Origin: Eledone cirrhosa
Lineage: Eukaryota
Length of the DNA: 64,000 bases
Direction: 5' to 3'
NCBI GenBank assembly: GCA_964016885.1
Contig: OZ024741.1
Span: forward strand, 158,658,001 to 158,722,000
In this document: positions 41,378 through 55,119 of the stretch, one piece after another
Position numbering within the stretch: the first letter of the stretch is position 1
How the letters are laid out: each line of letters starts with the position of its first letter
Made by a program: the position numbers and the translations under genes
Notes under the pieces: generated by a model
What the model was told of the DNA's origin: nothing
Databases searched by the model: none
Seen by the model: the letters and a program-made list of their open reading frames with translations, nothing else

Positions 41378-41463
41378 TTAACTTTGGCTTGTCTCAATAT
41401 CTCGAAAGTGAATACTGGTTTGGTGGAACAATTGATACAAATGAAGAGAAAAATAAACTTGTG
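41378..41463 (+). CDS. Integrin alpha exon B (FNFGLSQYLESEYWFGGTIDTNEEKNKLV)
   Basis: attacag acceptor and gtaagt donor; 86 nt, phase 1 to 0. WFGGTI matches the W(L/F)G.S/T start of blade 2. Confidence 0.88.
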
Positions 41464-41708
41464 GTAAGTTTATGATTTTTCTATTTATATATTTTCTATT
41501 GACATATAAAATTGTAAGTCAGTTTATTATATATTCTCTGCCATCATCATAGTCAATATAATAAAAAATTAAGTTTGTTGGTGTCTGTGGTTGTTAGTGT
41601 GATGTTAGAACAGAGATGAGAATCAATGAATGAAATGATAAGGTACTTCAGTTAAAACATCATTAATACCACCTCACACTGTCAAAAATTTGATTCCATT
41701 AAAATTAA

Positions 41709-42143
41709 CCCTTTTGATATCAATCTGTCAGAAACCACACTTGGTTCTATAATACAAAACCTTTTGTTTTAAAGCATTTATATTCATCTAAAATCTTTCC
41801 ATCATCATTTTATGTAAGAAAATATTAAATTACACTTCAAATACCAGCTTAACTCTTTAGCATTTACATTACTCTATATTTATTATATTTTCACAGTAAA
41901 GGCTTTATCTCACATAATTATCTCACATAATATCGAATGTATGAAATTTTGATATTTATTTTGAGAGCAGAGATTTTGATATTTATTTTGAGAGCAATAC
42001 CTTAACATTAGTATGAGCGATCGGTTACAGCCTGATTGAACAGAAACAAGTGGGAGAATTCTGGTCGGATACAGCTGGTTTAAATGTTAAAGGGTTAAAG
42101 TCATAGGCAGTGTCTTTCATTAGCAGTATGGTATACAAAAGGG
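41709..42143. mobile_element. Older piggyBac-type MITE with a second MITE (41853-42094) nested inside
   Basis: TTAA|CCCTTTTG...CAAAAGGG|TTAA outer ends. Confidence 0.6.
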
Positions 42144-42690
42144 TTAACTAGGTGTCCTAAGATGACTGTGTAAATGTATATTTGACAGAATGGAACAGTG
42201 ACAATGAGGACATTGGAATTGAGACACAGCCTGGTCCAAGTGTCCTCATTGTCAATCTGTGTCCTTCCAGTGGTCTCTGTTAGCCTACTCCTTGCAGTTA
42301 CTTACAAACAAATGTTCAGCATGACATTCACATGGATCAACCATCTGCAAGCAGCCTTTTCTATCCCAATCCATCCAAAACTCACTCAAGCTCTGTAAAA
42401 CAAAACCACTAATTTTAAAGAGTTCCTATTTAAATTAAAGTTTTCCTACATAATTTTATTTAAGGACCATATGTTTAGTAAAATTCAGCCAGTATACACT
42501 GTAAGGTGGTTGGTAATAGAAAAGGCATTGATTTGTAGAAACCATGCTAAAATATGAAACATATGGACAAGAAGTATCTATCCGATCATATCTTCTCTCA
42601 GAACATGAAAAGCCATCCAGTCCATGCTAGCATGGATTATGGATATAAAATGATGATGATGATGATGATGATAATGATGATATATATATA

Positions 42691-43085
42691 CAAGGGCAAT
42701 CCCAAAAGTAAGGTCTCCTTCCGATATTGCAACTTTTCCGTTAAAATCCTTTGGATGGTGCTTCAGGAAACCTCAGGAACCAAAATGCAGAGAGCATCCA
42801 GAGTGATCTTTACGCATGTTTACGCATGTTTTCCTCGGAAGGAGACCTTACTTTTGGGATTGCCCTCTATATAATAACTGCGCAAAATTCGCACTTAGCG
42901 GTAGCGTTCAACGGGAGCTCCATTCTTAACGGCTGCCAAGCCAAGATTGAGCATCCCAGCAAAGCACGCGCATGCTAGTTTGGGAGTGAAGGAAGCACCA
43001 ATCACAACAGTGTTGCCAACAGCCCTACGAACAGTTTCTCTGCATCCCCATCGCTTTGGAGACCTTACTTTTGGGATTACCCTCG
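42691..43085. mobile_element. Mariner-type non-autonomous element with an extra internal TIR
   Basis: Left TIR caagggcaatcccaaaagtaaggtctcc; reverse-complement copies at 42841-42868 and 43058-43085; TA flanks. Confidence 0.75.
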
Positions 43086-43334
43086 TATATATATAATAAA
43101 ATGTTACAGTATCGTGAGAGAGAATAGAGAGAGGAAGCGTTATAGAAGGATATTTTAAAACAGCTTTCTTGTACTGTGTACTTTACACATTAACAGATAG
43201 TTCAAAAGTACAAAAGTATGTTACATGCAGTCCACTATATTAAGAGCAATTGTATGAGTTCACTAGATGTGTGTATATGTGTGTATGTATATATATATAT
43301 ATGTATATATGATGTATATATATATATATATATC

Positions 43335-44030
43335 ATAATCATCATCATCATCATCATTACTGTTTTACGTCCATTCTTCCATGGTAGCATGGGTTAAACG
43401 AGTTGTCCTGCTGTAGGCAATGTGCAGGTCAGGTGACCATGTCTTGCTCATATAGAACTGATTTTGGCTTGGTTTCTACAGCTGGATGCCCTTCCTAACA
43501 CCAACCTCATTTACAGTGAGTACATGGTGCTTTTTATTGTGGTGCCTACACGATCACTTTACAGTGTGGACTGGGTGCTTTTTGTCATGACACCTACACG
43601 ACCACTTTACAGAGGGAGGGGGTGGTAGCATACTGTCTGTATGCTTCAGCGTCGGCTTGTACCCGTGGGAAGTCGGGTCTTCTGTATTACTGCATAGTGC
43701 CGGTGGTTTTGGTCCTGTGTCATCGCCTTTGAGAGGTACAATTGGGCAAGATCAGCTTTTATGACCTCATCCCAACTTTTCTTGGGTCTCCTCACTCCAA
43801 GACTTCCATCGACATTTAGCACTCTGCACCTTTTTATGCAGGTGTCATCCTTCATATGCATCACATGTGCATACTTACGTAATCCCCTCTCTTGCACACA
43901 GGATCTGACTCCTCTTATGCTTAGTCTCTCTCTTAATTCGTTTATGCTTTGCTGTTTGCTTATATTACTATTACATATCCATTAGAGCATGCAAGCTTCA
44001 ATTCTTTTCAATCTACACAAGTTTTCTGCA
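43335..44030 (-). mobile_element. RTE LINE 3' fragment with UTR
   Basis: ORF 43646-43897 is homologous to 17645-18088; (CAT)n tail at the left end. Confidence 0.85.
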
Positions 44031-44066
44031 CACAATGCACACAGGATTCACTGACACATACGTGTA

Positions 44067-45345
44067 CGAGGGGGGATCAAAAAGTTCGTGGAATTTTTCA
44101 AAAAATATGATTTACCTTCAATTTATTTTTCTACATAGTTGCCATCCAGGTCAATACACTTCACAAGGCAATGCTTCCAGCTTTGTAAGCCATCTCTAAA
44201 GAAAGTTGAAGGCCTTGTTCGAAGCCATGTGTTGGCAGTGTTTTTAGCTTCTTCAACACCACTAAAACTGGTTCCTTTTAGCATTTCTTTGAGTTTTGGA
44301 AAGAGGAAAAAGTCTGATGGGGCTAAATCTGGACTATAAGGCGGGTGAGGAAGCACTTCCCATCGAAATTCTCGAAGAACTCCTTTTGCAACCCGCGCAG
44401 AATGCGCTGGTGCATTGTCATGGTGAAACAAGATCCCACCATGAAGTTTCCCTTTTCGTTTCTTGACTAATGCCTCTTTCAACTTCCTTAAAACATTTGT
44501 ATAGTAAGCTCCTGTCACAGTTCTTTGACCTTCAAGATAATCTATTAGTATCACCCCATCTGAATCCCAGATAATGGTGGCCATCACTTTTTGATCTGAC
44601 TTTTGAGATTTGAACTTGATTGGCCCCGATGATCCATGTGAATGCTGTTTGGATTCAGGATCATACTGGTAGATCCAGGTTTCATCTCCGGTGATGATTC
44701 TGGTCAGGAAATGCTCTTCATCAACTTCAATTTTGTTTAATATCGCCAAAGACAGATCACTTCGAAGAATCAGCTGATCAGGGCGCAATGCTTTTGGGAC
44801 CCATCACGCTGAAAGCTTGCTTAGTCCCAAATTATCGTGCAGAATTGAATTTGCCGAACCATATGAAATGTCTAGGGACTTAGCTAACTGATTAACTGTT
44901 ATTCTTAGATCTTCTTCAATTAAAGTCTGAGCAGCCTCAACATTTTGGTAATTTTTTGATGTTCCTGGTCTTCCACTGTGATGGTCGTCTTCAAGGTTGT
45001 CTCTCCCTTGTTTGAATCGCTGAATCCACTTGTAGACAGCAGTTTTCTTTGGAGCAGTAGTACCATAAACTTTAACTAAAGCCTCCATAATCTGTGTCCC
45101 TTTCCATTTGAGTTTCATCAGAAACTTGATATTCGATCTTATCTCAAAATAACCATTTTCCATTGTTTCAAAAAGAGGTTTTTTAAAGAGTGTCAGTACT
45201 GTACAATAGTCCGCGCATAACTGACTGCAAGTGACTAATAGCAAGGTAAACACCCAGTGACAATGTTCTGACATGTTTAATATTGTTTTAACCTGATTTT
45301 TTTCTTGCTACGATAAAATTCCGCGAACTTTTTGATGCCCCCTCG
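44067..45345 (-). mobile_element. Full-length mariner transposon, DD34D, irritans/Hsmar2-like
   Basis: About 30-bp TIRs CGAGGGGGGATCAAAAAGTTCGTGGAATTT / AAATTCCGCGAACTTTTTGATGCCCCCTCG with TA on both sides; 1279 bp. Confidence 0.95.
44123..45163 (-). pseudogene. Mariner transposase with one in-frame stop
   Basis: MENGYFEIRSNIKF...LSA*WVPKAL...GDETW...HHDNA-(34 aa)-YSPDLAPSD...YVEK. The two track ORFs share a frame and are separated by TGA at 44804-44806. Confidence 0.93.
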
Positions 45346-45374
45346 TATATATGCACACACAAACAAACTCACAG

Positions 45375-45962
45375 GCATGCGCATGAAAGATGACAGCTGT
45401 ATAAAAAAGTGCAGGGCAATAAAAATAGACGGTAGCCACGGAGTAGGCAGACCCAGAAAAACCTGGGATGATTTGATAAATTCCGACCTCACACACTTAC
45501 ACCTCTCCAAGACAATGTCACTGGACCGAGATCTTTGGCGCTACACAGTAATACAGAAGACCCACCTTACCTAAGTACAAAGTGAAACCTACTACAGTCA
45601 GCAGGCGCCTCTAACAAAAATACACCCCCGTCCCACTACCCCTACCTCATCCACACCACCCCTTCCGATGTAAAGCTATGTTGGTACCACAACATCCAGT
45701 CCTAAATAAATGAGGTCGTGTAGGTGTCACGACAAAAAAACACACAGTCCACACTGTAATGTGGCCTTGTAGGTAACATGGTAAAAACCTCCCAGTTCCA
45801 CACTGTAAACGTGGTTGGCATCCAGCTGTAGAAAACCCGCCAGACAGTCCTATACGAGTAAGACAACCACTCTTGCCTCAAGTGGGAAAACTCCCATCCA
45901 AACCCATGCTAGCGTGGAAGATGGACGTTAAACGATGATGATGATGATGATGATGATGATGA
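45375..45962 (+). mobile_element. RTE LINE 3' fragment with UTR
   Basis: MRMKDDSCIKKC...GRPRKTWDD...DRDLWR; (GAT)n tail. Confidence 0.85.
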
Positions 45963-46518
45963 CACACTCATACATAAACATACACACACATACTCTTAAA
46001 TAAAACTTCACAGACACATGCATGCGCACTTCCATCAATGATACACCAACCACACACACAGACAGAAGCAATAATGCACACCCATGAAATGCACTCTATC
46101 TACACACACATAATAACACCCATAGCACACCTGGACTCTCCACCTCGGCCCCCACTTTCAAATGATGGACTACTTGCCTATCACAGCCGTCCGTCTTAAA
46201 ACTTTTTCTTTTCAAAATCTGATGTTCCAACCTTATTTCTCTCCCTTCAAATTCTCCATTTACTGAAAAAGAACTTATGTCTGAAACATCAAATCCTCTT
46301 CTACTTAGTCCCACAGAGATGCAAAAACAAAATGTTATTAGTAAAAACTTTGTGTTTTTGCATCTTTGTATATTATTATATATATATATATATATATATG
46401 TGTGTATATATATATATATAGAGAGAGAGAGGGGGTGGGAGTGAGAGAGAGAGAGAGATCCTTTATTCTGCTACTGCAATACAAAATTTATATGCATAAA
46501 TGGTAACTTCTTTTGTAG

Positions 46519-46698
46519 GTATGTGCCCACAGATATACAGTTCTTATTTCAAGGTCAGTGCGAATGACCGGTATGTGTCTTGAAATGTCTTACCCATTTC
46601 AAAAATCAACAGCACTGTATTGTCAGGGAGAACAGAAAAAGAACCATGTCTTCTATTATGGATTTGCTCAGTTTGGTACATCCATGAAATATTCTAAA
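46519..46698 (+). CDS. Integrin alpha exon C (VCAHRYTVLISRSVRMTGMCLEMSYPFQKSTALYCQGEQKKNHVFYYGFAQFGTSMKYSK)
   Basis: ttttgtag acceptor and gtaagt donor; 180 nt open frame. Contains CAHRY, G.C and Q-FGTS motifs typical of blades 2-3, with no I-domain insertion. Confidence 0.93.
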
Positions 46699-47204
46699 GT
46701 AAGTTAATTTGTAGAGAAACAATTTACCATATAACCTTGATTTAATATTGATTTTTTTTTTTTCTCAAAAAGATATTTAACAAATGGAATGAACCCTAGT
46801 GATTAGAGTGTTGGACTCAAGATTATAAGATTGTGAGTTTGATTCTTGGACTGAGAAGCTTGTTGTGTTCTTGAGCAAGACACTTCATTTTACATTGATT
46901 TTCATGATAGGAATAATATTATTAAAACACGCAAGAAACCTCCTTTAAAATACATTCTCATAGGAATCCAGCTAAGCCTGCATAGGTGCGAACTGTATGT
47001 TTCATTATATTTTGTTTTCTTTGCTTTTTTGGTCTTGCAATTCTATAATGAGAATGGGAAATGGTGAAACATGTTTTCAGATGTACAAGTAAAAATTCAG
47101 TGAGAGACAATATAGGATAGGGAGGACTCTTGAGTTGGCTGAGTATAAGAAAACTTCCCTATTGCTGGTGCCTTGATAATATAGGTTGGTGTAAGAAATT
47201 CAGA

Positions 47205-49733
47205 TGACATTACAGATGTATGACATTGCTGCTGTTATAGATGATATTACAGATGTATTACATTGCTGCTGTTATAGATGATATTACAGATGTACATATG
47301 ATATTGCTGTTGTTTCTGATGGTATTACAGACATATCACATTACTGCTGTTACAGATGTGCATATGACATTACTGCTGTTACAGGTGTACATATGATATT
47401 ACTGGTGTTACAGATGTACATATGACATTACTGCTGTTACAGATGTACATATGACATTACTGCTGTTACAGATGTACATATGACATTACTGCTGTTACAG
47501 ACATACATATGTCATTACTGCTGTTACAGGTGTACATATGACATTACTGCTGTTACAGATGTACATATCACATTACTGCTGTTACAGATGTGCATATGAC
47601 ATTACTGCTGTTACAGATGTACATATGACATTGCTGCTGTTACAGATGTATATATGATATTACTGGTGTTACAGATGTATATATGTCATTACTGCTGTTA
47701 CAGATGTACATATGACATTACTGCTGTTACAGATGTACATATGACATTACTGCTGTTACAGATGTACATATGACATTACTGCTGTTACAGGTGTACATAT
47801 GATATTACTGCTGTTACAGATGTACATATGACATTACTGCTGTTACAGGTGTACATATAACATTACTGCTGTTACAGATGTGCATATGACATTACTGCTG
47901 TTACAGGTGTACATATGACATTACTGCTGTTACAGACATACATATGATATTACTGCTGTTACAGATGTACATATGACATTCTAGCTGTTACAGGTGTACA
48001 TATGACATTACTGCTGTTACAGATGTACATATCACATTACTGCTGTTACAGGTGTACATATGATATTACTGCTGTTACAGATGTACATATGACATTACTG
48101 CTGTTACAGATGTACATATCACATTACTGCTGTTACAGGTGTACATATGACATTACTGCTGTTACAGGTGTACATATGACATTACTGCTGTTACAGATGT
48201 ACATATGACATTACTGCTGTTACAGATGTACATATGACATTACTGCTGTTACAGATGTACATATGACATTACTGCTGTTACAGATGTACATATGACATTA
48301 CTGCTGTTACAGATGTGCATATGACATTACTGCTGTTACAGATGTACATATGACATTACTGCTGTTACAAGTGTACATATGACATTACTGCTGTTACAGA
48401 TGTACATATGACATTACTGCTGTTACAGGTGTACATATGACATTACTGCTGTTACAGACGTACATACGACATTACTGCTGTTACAGACATACATATGTCA
48501 TTACTGCTGTTACAGGTGTACATATGACATTACTGCTGTTACAGGTGTACATATGACATTACTGATGTTACAGACGTACATATGACATTACTGCTGTTAC
48601 AGGTGTACATATGACATTACTGCTGTTACAGATGTACATATGTTATTACTGCTGTTACAGGTGTACATATGACATTACTGCTGTTACAGATGTACATATG
48701 ACATTACTGCTGTTACAGGTGTACATATGACATTACTGCTGTTACAGGTGTACATATGATATTACTGCTGTTACAGGTGTACATATGATGTTACTGCTGT
48801 TACAGATGTACATATGACATTACTGCTGTTACAGACATACATATGTCATTACTGCTGTTACAGATGTACATATGACATTACTGCTGTTACAGGTGTACAT
48901 ATGACATTACTGCTGTTACTGGTGTACATATGACATTACTGCTGTTACAGGTGTACATATGACATTACTGCTGTTACAGATGTACATATGACATTACTGC
49001 TGTTACAGGTGTACATATGACATTACTGCTGTTACAGGTGTACATATGACATTATTGCTGTTACAGATGTACATATGACATTACTGCTGTTACAGATGTA
49101 CATATGACATTACTGCTGTTACAGATGTACATATGACATTACTGCTGTTACAGGTGTACATATGACATTACTGCTGTTACAGATGTACATATGACATTAC
49201 TGCTGTTACAGGTGTACATATGACATTACTGCTGTTACAGATGTACATATGACATTACTGCTGTTACAGATGTATATATGAGATTACTGCTGTTACAGAT
49301 GTACATATGACATTACTGCTGTTACAGGTGTACATATGATATTACTGCTGTTACAGATGTACATATGACATTACTGCTGTTACAGATGTACATATGACAT
49401 TGCTGCTGTTACAGATGTACATATGACATTGCTGCTGTTACAGATGTATATATGACATTGCTGCCATTACAGATGTATATATTACATTGCTGCTGTTACA
49501 GATGTACATATGACATTGCTGCTGTTGCAGATGTATATATGACATTGCTGCCATTACAGATGTATATATTACATTGCTGCTGTTACAGATGTACATATGA
49601 CATTGCTGCTGTTACAGATGTATATATTACATTGCTGCTGTTACAGATGTACATATGACATTGCTGCTGTTACAGATGTATATATGACATTGCTGCCATT
49701 AAAGATGTACATATGACATTACTGCTGTTACTG
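47205..49733. repeat. 29-bp tandem satellite, roughly 85 units
   Basis: Consensus GACATTACTGCTGTTACAGATGTACATAT with point variants; no unique spacers. Confidence 0.97.
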
Positions 49734-49759
49734 GTAATAATTACTGTTTAATTTTTTAG

Positions 49760-49808
49760 GACAACACTTCATTATTGTTTGGAACCCCAGGACTTTATCA
49801 AGGAAAAG
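49760..49808 (+). CDS. Integrin alpha exon D (DNTSLLFGTPGLYQGKG)
   Basis: ttttttag acceptor and gtaatt donor; 49 nt, phase 0 to 1. LLFGTPG.Y...G corresponds to the blade-3 GAPG.Y.W.G motif. Confidence 0.88.
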
Positions 49809-50714
49809 GTAATTAGTAGTCAACATATTTCTCTCTGTCATCTGCATCCTTCTTAGATATTTATTTCATAGTTCATTCTGTTGAAAGTATTTGGATTCTA
49901 GAACATCCTCCTCTCCATTAATTCTTCTCACAGTTTTTGTGGGAGGGAGGGTGGTTAAATATAAGAACTGCATTAAGGGTACACAGTCTGTGGAATGTTG
50001 AACTACTTGGATGTTAATTTGACAAACAAGCTATTCTATTGATCAAACAACTGGAACACTCGCCATCAGAACTGATGGTGTTCCATCAAGCTTTTTATTT
50101 TAAAATATTCATATTTATCTAAAAACCTTCTGTCAAAATTTTATGTAAGAAAATTAGGCTTCAAACATCAGTTTAATAACTAGAAAGTTTGTTATATTAC
50201 TAAATCCTTCTAAATTCCTGATTATTTAAAAAATTATTTGAAAATTATAGAAATGTCATAATGAAATGATTAAGCATATAATTGTCTATGAAATACTCAG
50301 CCACAATTTAATGAGTCGGCCATTGCATTGACTACACAACTGGAACATCATTATCATCATCATTTTTACATTGACTTTCCATGGGTTTGACAAAACTTAT
50401 TGAGGCAATGTTTTATTGCCAGATACCCTTCCTGAGGACAACCATTTTCTCATTCTAAAAACAAACAGTGGTCCATTTCTTTATTACCCACTTAGACATG
50501 CAACTCGTCTACAGCCTGTACTAAAATATACAATGATAATTAGTTCTGGTTCAAGGATTGAGTTTCAGTTGTTTAAATGTTATCATTAGAAAATCTTATG
50601 GTTTTTTTATTAGTCCTACTGTGACACTGCAAGACATCCCAACAATGAAGTTGAAAAAGCTTCATTTACCATTGTTCCTTCTATATATTTAATTTATTTT
50701 TTTTTATTATCCAG

Positions 50715-50819
50715 GTGGCTTTGCCATTTATAAAGGAAATCACTGTAAGCTTGTAGATTATACTAATGAAGAAAAGAATAGAGTGCATACAGAAGATGCT
50801 TATGAATACCAAATGGTTG
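50715..50819 (+). CDS. Integrin alpha exon E (GFAIYKGNHCKLVDYTNEEKNRVHTEDAYEYQMV)
   Basis: tatccag acceptor and gtaagt donor; 105 nt, phase 1 to 1, open frame that links exons D and F. Confidence 0.85.
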
Positions 50820-53665
50820 GTAAGTGGCCATAATTAATTCTTCCTTTAACCCTTTAGCATTTAAACCAGCCATATCTGGCCAGAATTTTCTCACCATTTT
50901 CTGTTCAAACCGGCTGTAACCAGCTACTCATACTGATGTTAAGGTATTGTTATCAAAATAAATAATACAAAATTCTCATAGATTCGATATTATGTGAAAT
51001 AATTATGTAAGGTAAAGCCTTTACCACAAAAATCCAAAAGTAAATATAGAGTAATGTAAATGCTAAAGGGATAAAAGTATTCAATAGCTGTTGTGAGGTT
51101 AAAGTCCTAGGAAAGGCTGGATTAAATCATATTGAGGCACTAAGCACTCCACATATAAAATCTTCAAAAAATTATGGGAATGACAAATACATTTAATTTG
51201 AATGAAATAGACCCCTCTTTTCTTGATGCTCTAAGCATGTGCATATTTTACTGAAAGGTTAATCCAGCACTGGTCCTAAGCTTCTGATTATACAGAAAAA
51301 TGTTCAAATATTATTACTAATATTACTGTGTAGTGCCCATGACATAACCATTAATCTCAGCTTCAAGATATAAAAGGTTCTATTGCTGTTTAAAGGTTGG
51401 GAGCCATTTTGCTATGATCAAATCAGCTTATCAAATTCTTCTAAGGCCTAAGATTTGAAATCACAAAAGAACATCATGGGATTTCAGTTTCTCTCTCTCT
51501 AAATATATATATATATATTTATATATATATCATAAATAGCAATAGTGAAGGTGAGAAACAGATAAGTACAAGACCAGACAAATAAAGGATAAGATTAGTG
51601 CATAGATGACATAAAGATGGTGATATGAACTGGACAAACAACTCCGTGGTCATTAGCTGTAGAAATGGACTTAGACAGTTTTTGCCCCCTTCTGACAGAA
51701 CTGCTGGTTCATTCGGGGTTGTAATGTCTCTCAAGGTAGTTAAACACTGTCCTTAAGTATTTTAAAGGAGTAGGAAAGAGATAAAGATACAATACAGAAT
51801 GCAGCAGGGAATCCTTATAATAGGACCAAGATTCTACTTTTCATAAGTATAGGAGCAGAATGATACTGGAGTCAGATGACATTGATAAAGATCTCGAGCC
51901 AATCATCTGAGAAAAATATGTCCCATTTGATATGTAATAAAACATTTTAAAGTGAAGCCTTGTTTTATATATATAAAACAAATTCATCCCTAGAATAGAA
52001 ACCAAGCCGAAACAAAGCATAGGAGCAGGACGTTGTCACCTGATCAGTCTGACCTCTTCATGTGACAGCCCATCTAATCCATGAATGTATGGAAAATAGA
52101 TGTTAAAGGATGATGATGATGAATATGATAATGATGATATAATTGTCATCTCCTCAAACCTTAATGGGAGCTACTACACTCCTATTCAGGTTAAGGACTA
52201 CATCTTGTTCATACTACTTTCCAGTTTTGCTATGGTTTCTATGGCTGGATACCTTCCTTATTAGAAATATTGTCTGTTACTGGAATAAGAGTCTTCTCCA
52301 CCTTCTATCAGTTTTTATTCAGAGTTACTTCTCTCCTAGAGATAATTTTTCTTCTCATGTTGTCTTACCAATCAAGGTCACGGAAGCTGAAATTAAAAGC
52401 AAAGTAATAAAACAGCCAACTTAATTCACTATGTATACGTCCTACTTCCTGCTTAGTACTTAAGGATTATGAAAAATGATGGACTCAAAGTACAAGAAAA
52501 ATATATAAGAAAGAAAGAAGACAAAATTATGATCCAGCAGCCCATAATTTCATCAATTATATTGTTATTACTGATAATAGCATAGTTATGACCTTCTGAA
52601 ATGGAGCTCAATTTAGTCCATCAAAAGAAACTGTCTTTATTGCAGCTGGTATCTCTCTTCTCTTTCTCTTGCTCACTTTCTTGCTCTCTTTCTTGCTCTC
52701 TCCCTCTCTCTCACGCACTCTTTCTCTCTCTCTTTGTGTATCTATTTATATATACACACACACACATATATATATATATATATCACCACATACACTCCAC
52801 TACTCACTCCATCTCTTTATTTTCATCCAATATCAGATTTGGCTTCCACTACACACATAGATTGAACTACACATACACACCATACAAACAAAACATACAC
52901 CACTCCAACACATGCACACAATCAACAACTAACAACACAAACGCACATGCACATTGGCAATACACACATCAGACACATGGACCTAACCACACACACACAC
53001 ATCATCATCATCATCACCAGGGCCGGATTTAGATTTGATGAACCCTAAGCTATTTGAGATAATGGGGCCCTTTATATGTTATAAAAAATGTTATAAAAAC
53101 TGCAAAACGTTCAATTCTTTTCAATTTTTTCGGGGCCCCAAGAAAGTGGGGGCCCTAAGCAATAGCTTGTTTAGCTTATACGTAAATCCTACACATCACC
53201 ATCATTACTAACAAGATATACAGCATCACAACACATATGCACACAGATACACATTGACACAAAAAAAATAAAAGCAAATCACACACAGACCTCTAAAGAA
53301 AATCCATTTGAATTTCTTTAAAATTCTTTTGAATTCTGTCAGCCAAACCTTTTGTATTGACCTGGCCAGGTCACCATCCATAGGAGGACATCTTATCCAC
53401 CCTACCATTCACTCCTTCTCATCATTCTTCAGACACTTTAAGCTACCACTAACCATTCTGAGTTAATGAAAATCACACCAAAACTTATTTATTACCTGTC
53501 CTGATAAAAACTTACTTTCTTTTTACTTCTGTCTTCCAGCCCCCCGCCCTCTCTTAAGTTTACTCCTGATGACAATCTAAATTTGGATACATTGAGACAT
53601 TTCTTTTCTTTTTATAACAAGTGTTAAACTAATAAGACTTTCTGTAATTTTGTCTGTGTTCAAAT

Positions 53666-53696
<31 letters not shown>

Positions 53697-55119
53697 GCAT
53701 TGTATATTTAACAATATACTGTATGTTTATTTTAAAGCATTTTGAAGACCTTTTGCTATGAATTTTAAGGTAATGACGAACGTCACATACCTACTTCTCC
53801 CTGCAAAGGTAGGGGGAAGTAATTGTCGATGCCACCATTTCTCACTCATAAGTGGTTATCAAGACTACGTATCTATCTGCCTTTGCTGAAACTTCATAGT
53901 GAAAGGTCGTCAAAATGTTTTTAAATAAACATACAGTATATTGTTAAATATACCATATGTACCTTTATATGTATATCGCTATTTCAGAGCACCAATACAA
54001 ATAAATATATATATATATATCATCATCATCACCCGTTTACGTCCGTTCTTCCACGCTAGCATGGGTTGGACAGGTTGTCCTGTTGCGGGCAGTGTCTAGT
54101 CGGCTGACCTTGTCTTGCTCATACGGGAACTGATTCTGGCTTGATTTCTACAGCTGGATGTCCTTCCTAACACCAACCTCATTTACAGTGAGTGGTGGGT
54201 GCTTTTTTTTCCATGGCGCCTACACGTCCACTTTACAGTGTGGGCTGGGTGCTTTTTTGCTGTGGCACCTCCACGACCACTTTGCAGTGAGAGGGGGTGG
54301 GGGCATATATATATATATATAAAATGGTGATGATGATGATGATGATGATGATGATATATGTATATATATATATAATATAGAAATGGCTTCTACAGGACTA
54401 AAACTGTTTCATGCAAAGGAAATCATCAGAAAAGCTCTCCTGATGATTTACTTCAACTGAAACAATTCTAGTCCTGTAGAAGCCATTTCTATATTAAATA
54501 TTTATACTCTGCTATATATTGAGAACCCTACTTACTGTGGTTCCTCCCAATTGAACCCGGGACACACACACACACACACATACATAAATATATATATATA
54601 TATGTAAATGAGGTTGGTGTTAGGAAGGGCATCCAGCTATAGAAACCGAGCCAAAATCAGTCCTCTATGAGCAAGACACAGTCACCTGACTTTCCATTGC
54701 CCACAACAGGACAACCCTTCTAACCCACGAGACATGACGTAAAACGGTGATGAGGATGATGATGATATATATATATGGAGGCACATGGCTTAGTGGCATT
54801 GGCCTTGAAATCGAAAGGTTGTGAGTTCAATTCTCAGACCGGGTGATGTTTTGTTTCCTTGAGCAAGGCACTTTATTTCACATTGCTCCAGTTTACTCAG
54901 CTGTAGAAATGAGATGATAGGGACTAGGGTCCCTATCATTCCACTGCAAAGTGGTCGTGGAGGTGCCACGGCAAAAAAGCACCCAGCACTCACTGTAAAT
55001 GAGGTTGGTGTTAGGAAGGGCATCCAGCTGTAGAAATCAAGCCAGAATCAGTTCCTGTCCCACCCTTGCAAGCAGGGAAAAGTGGATGTAAAATGATGAT
55101 GATGATGATGATGATATAT

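Noticed and set aside
47205-49733. CRISPR-like array (29-bp repeats)
   Set aside because: Units are contiguous with no unique spacers, there are no cas genes, and the context is a eukaryotic intron.
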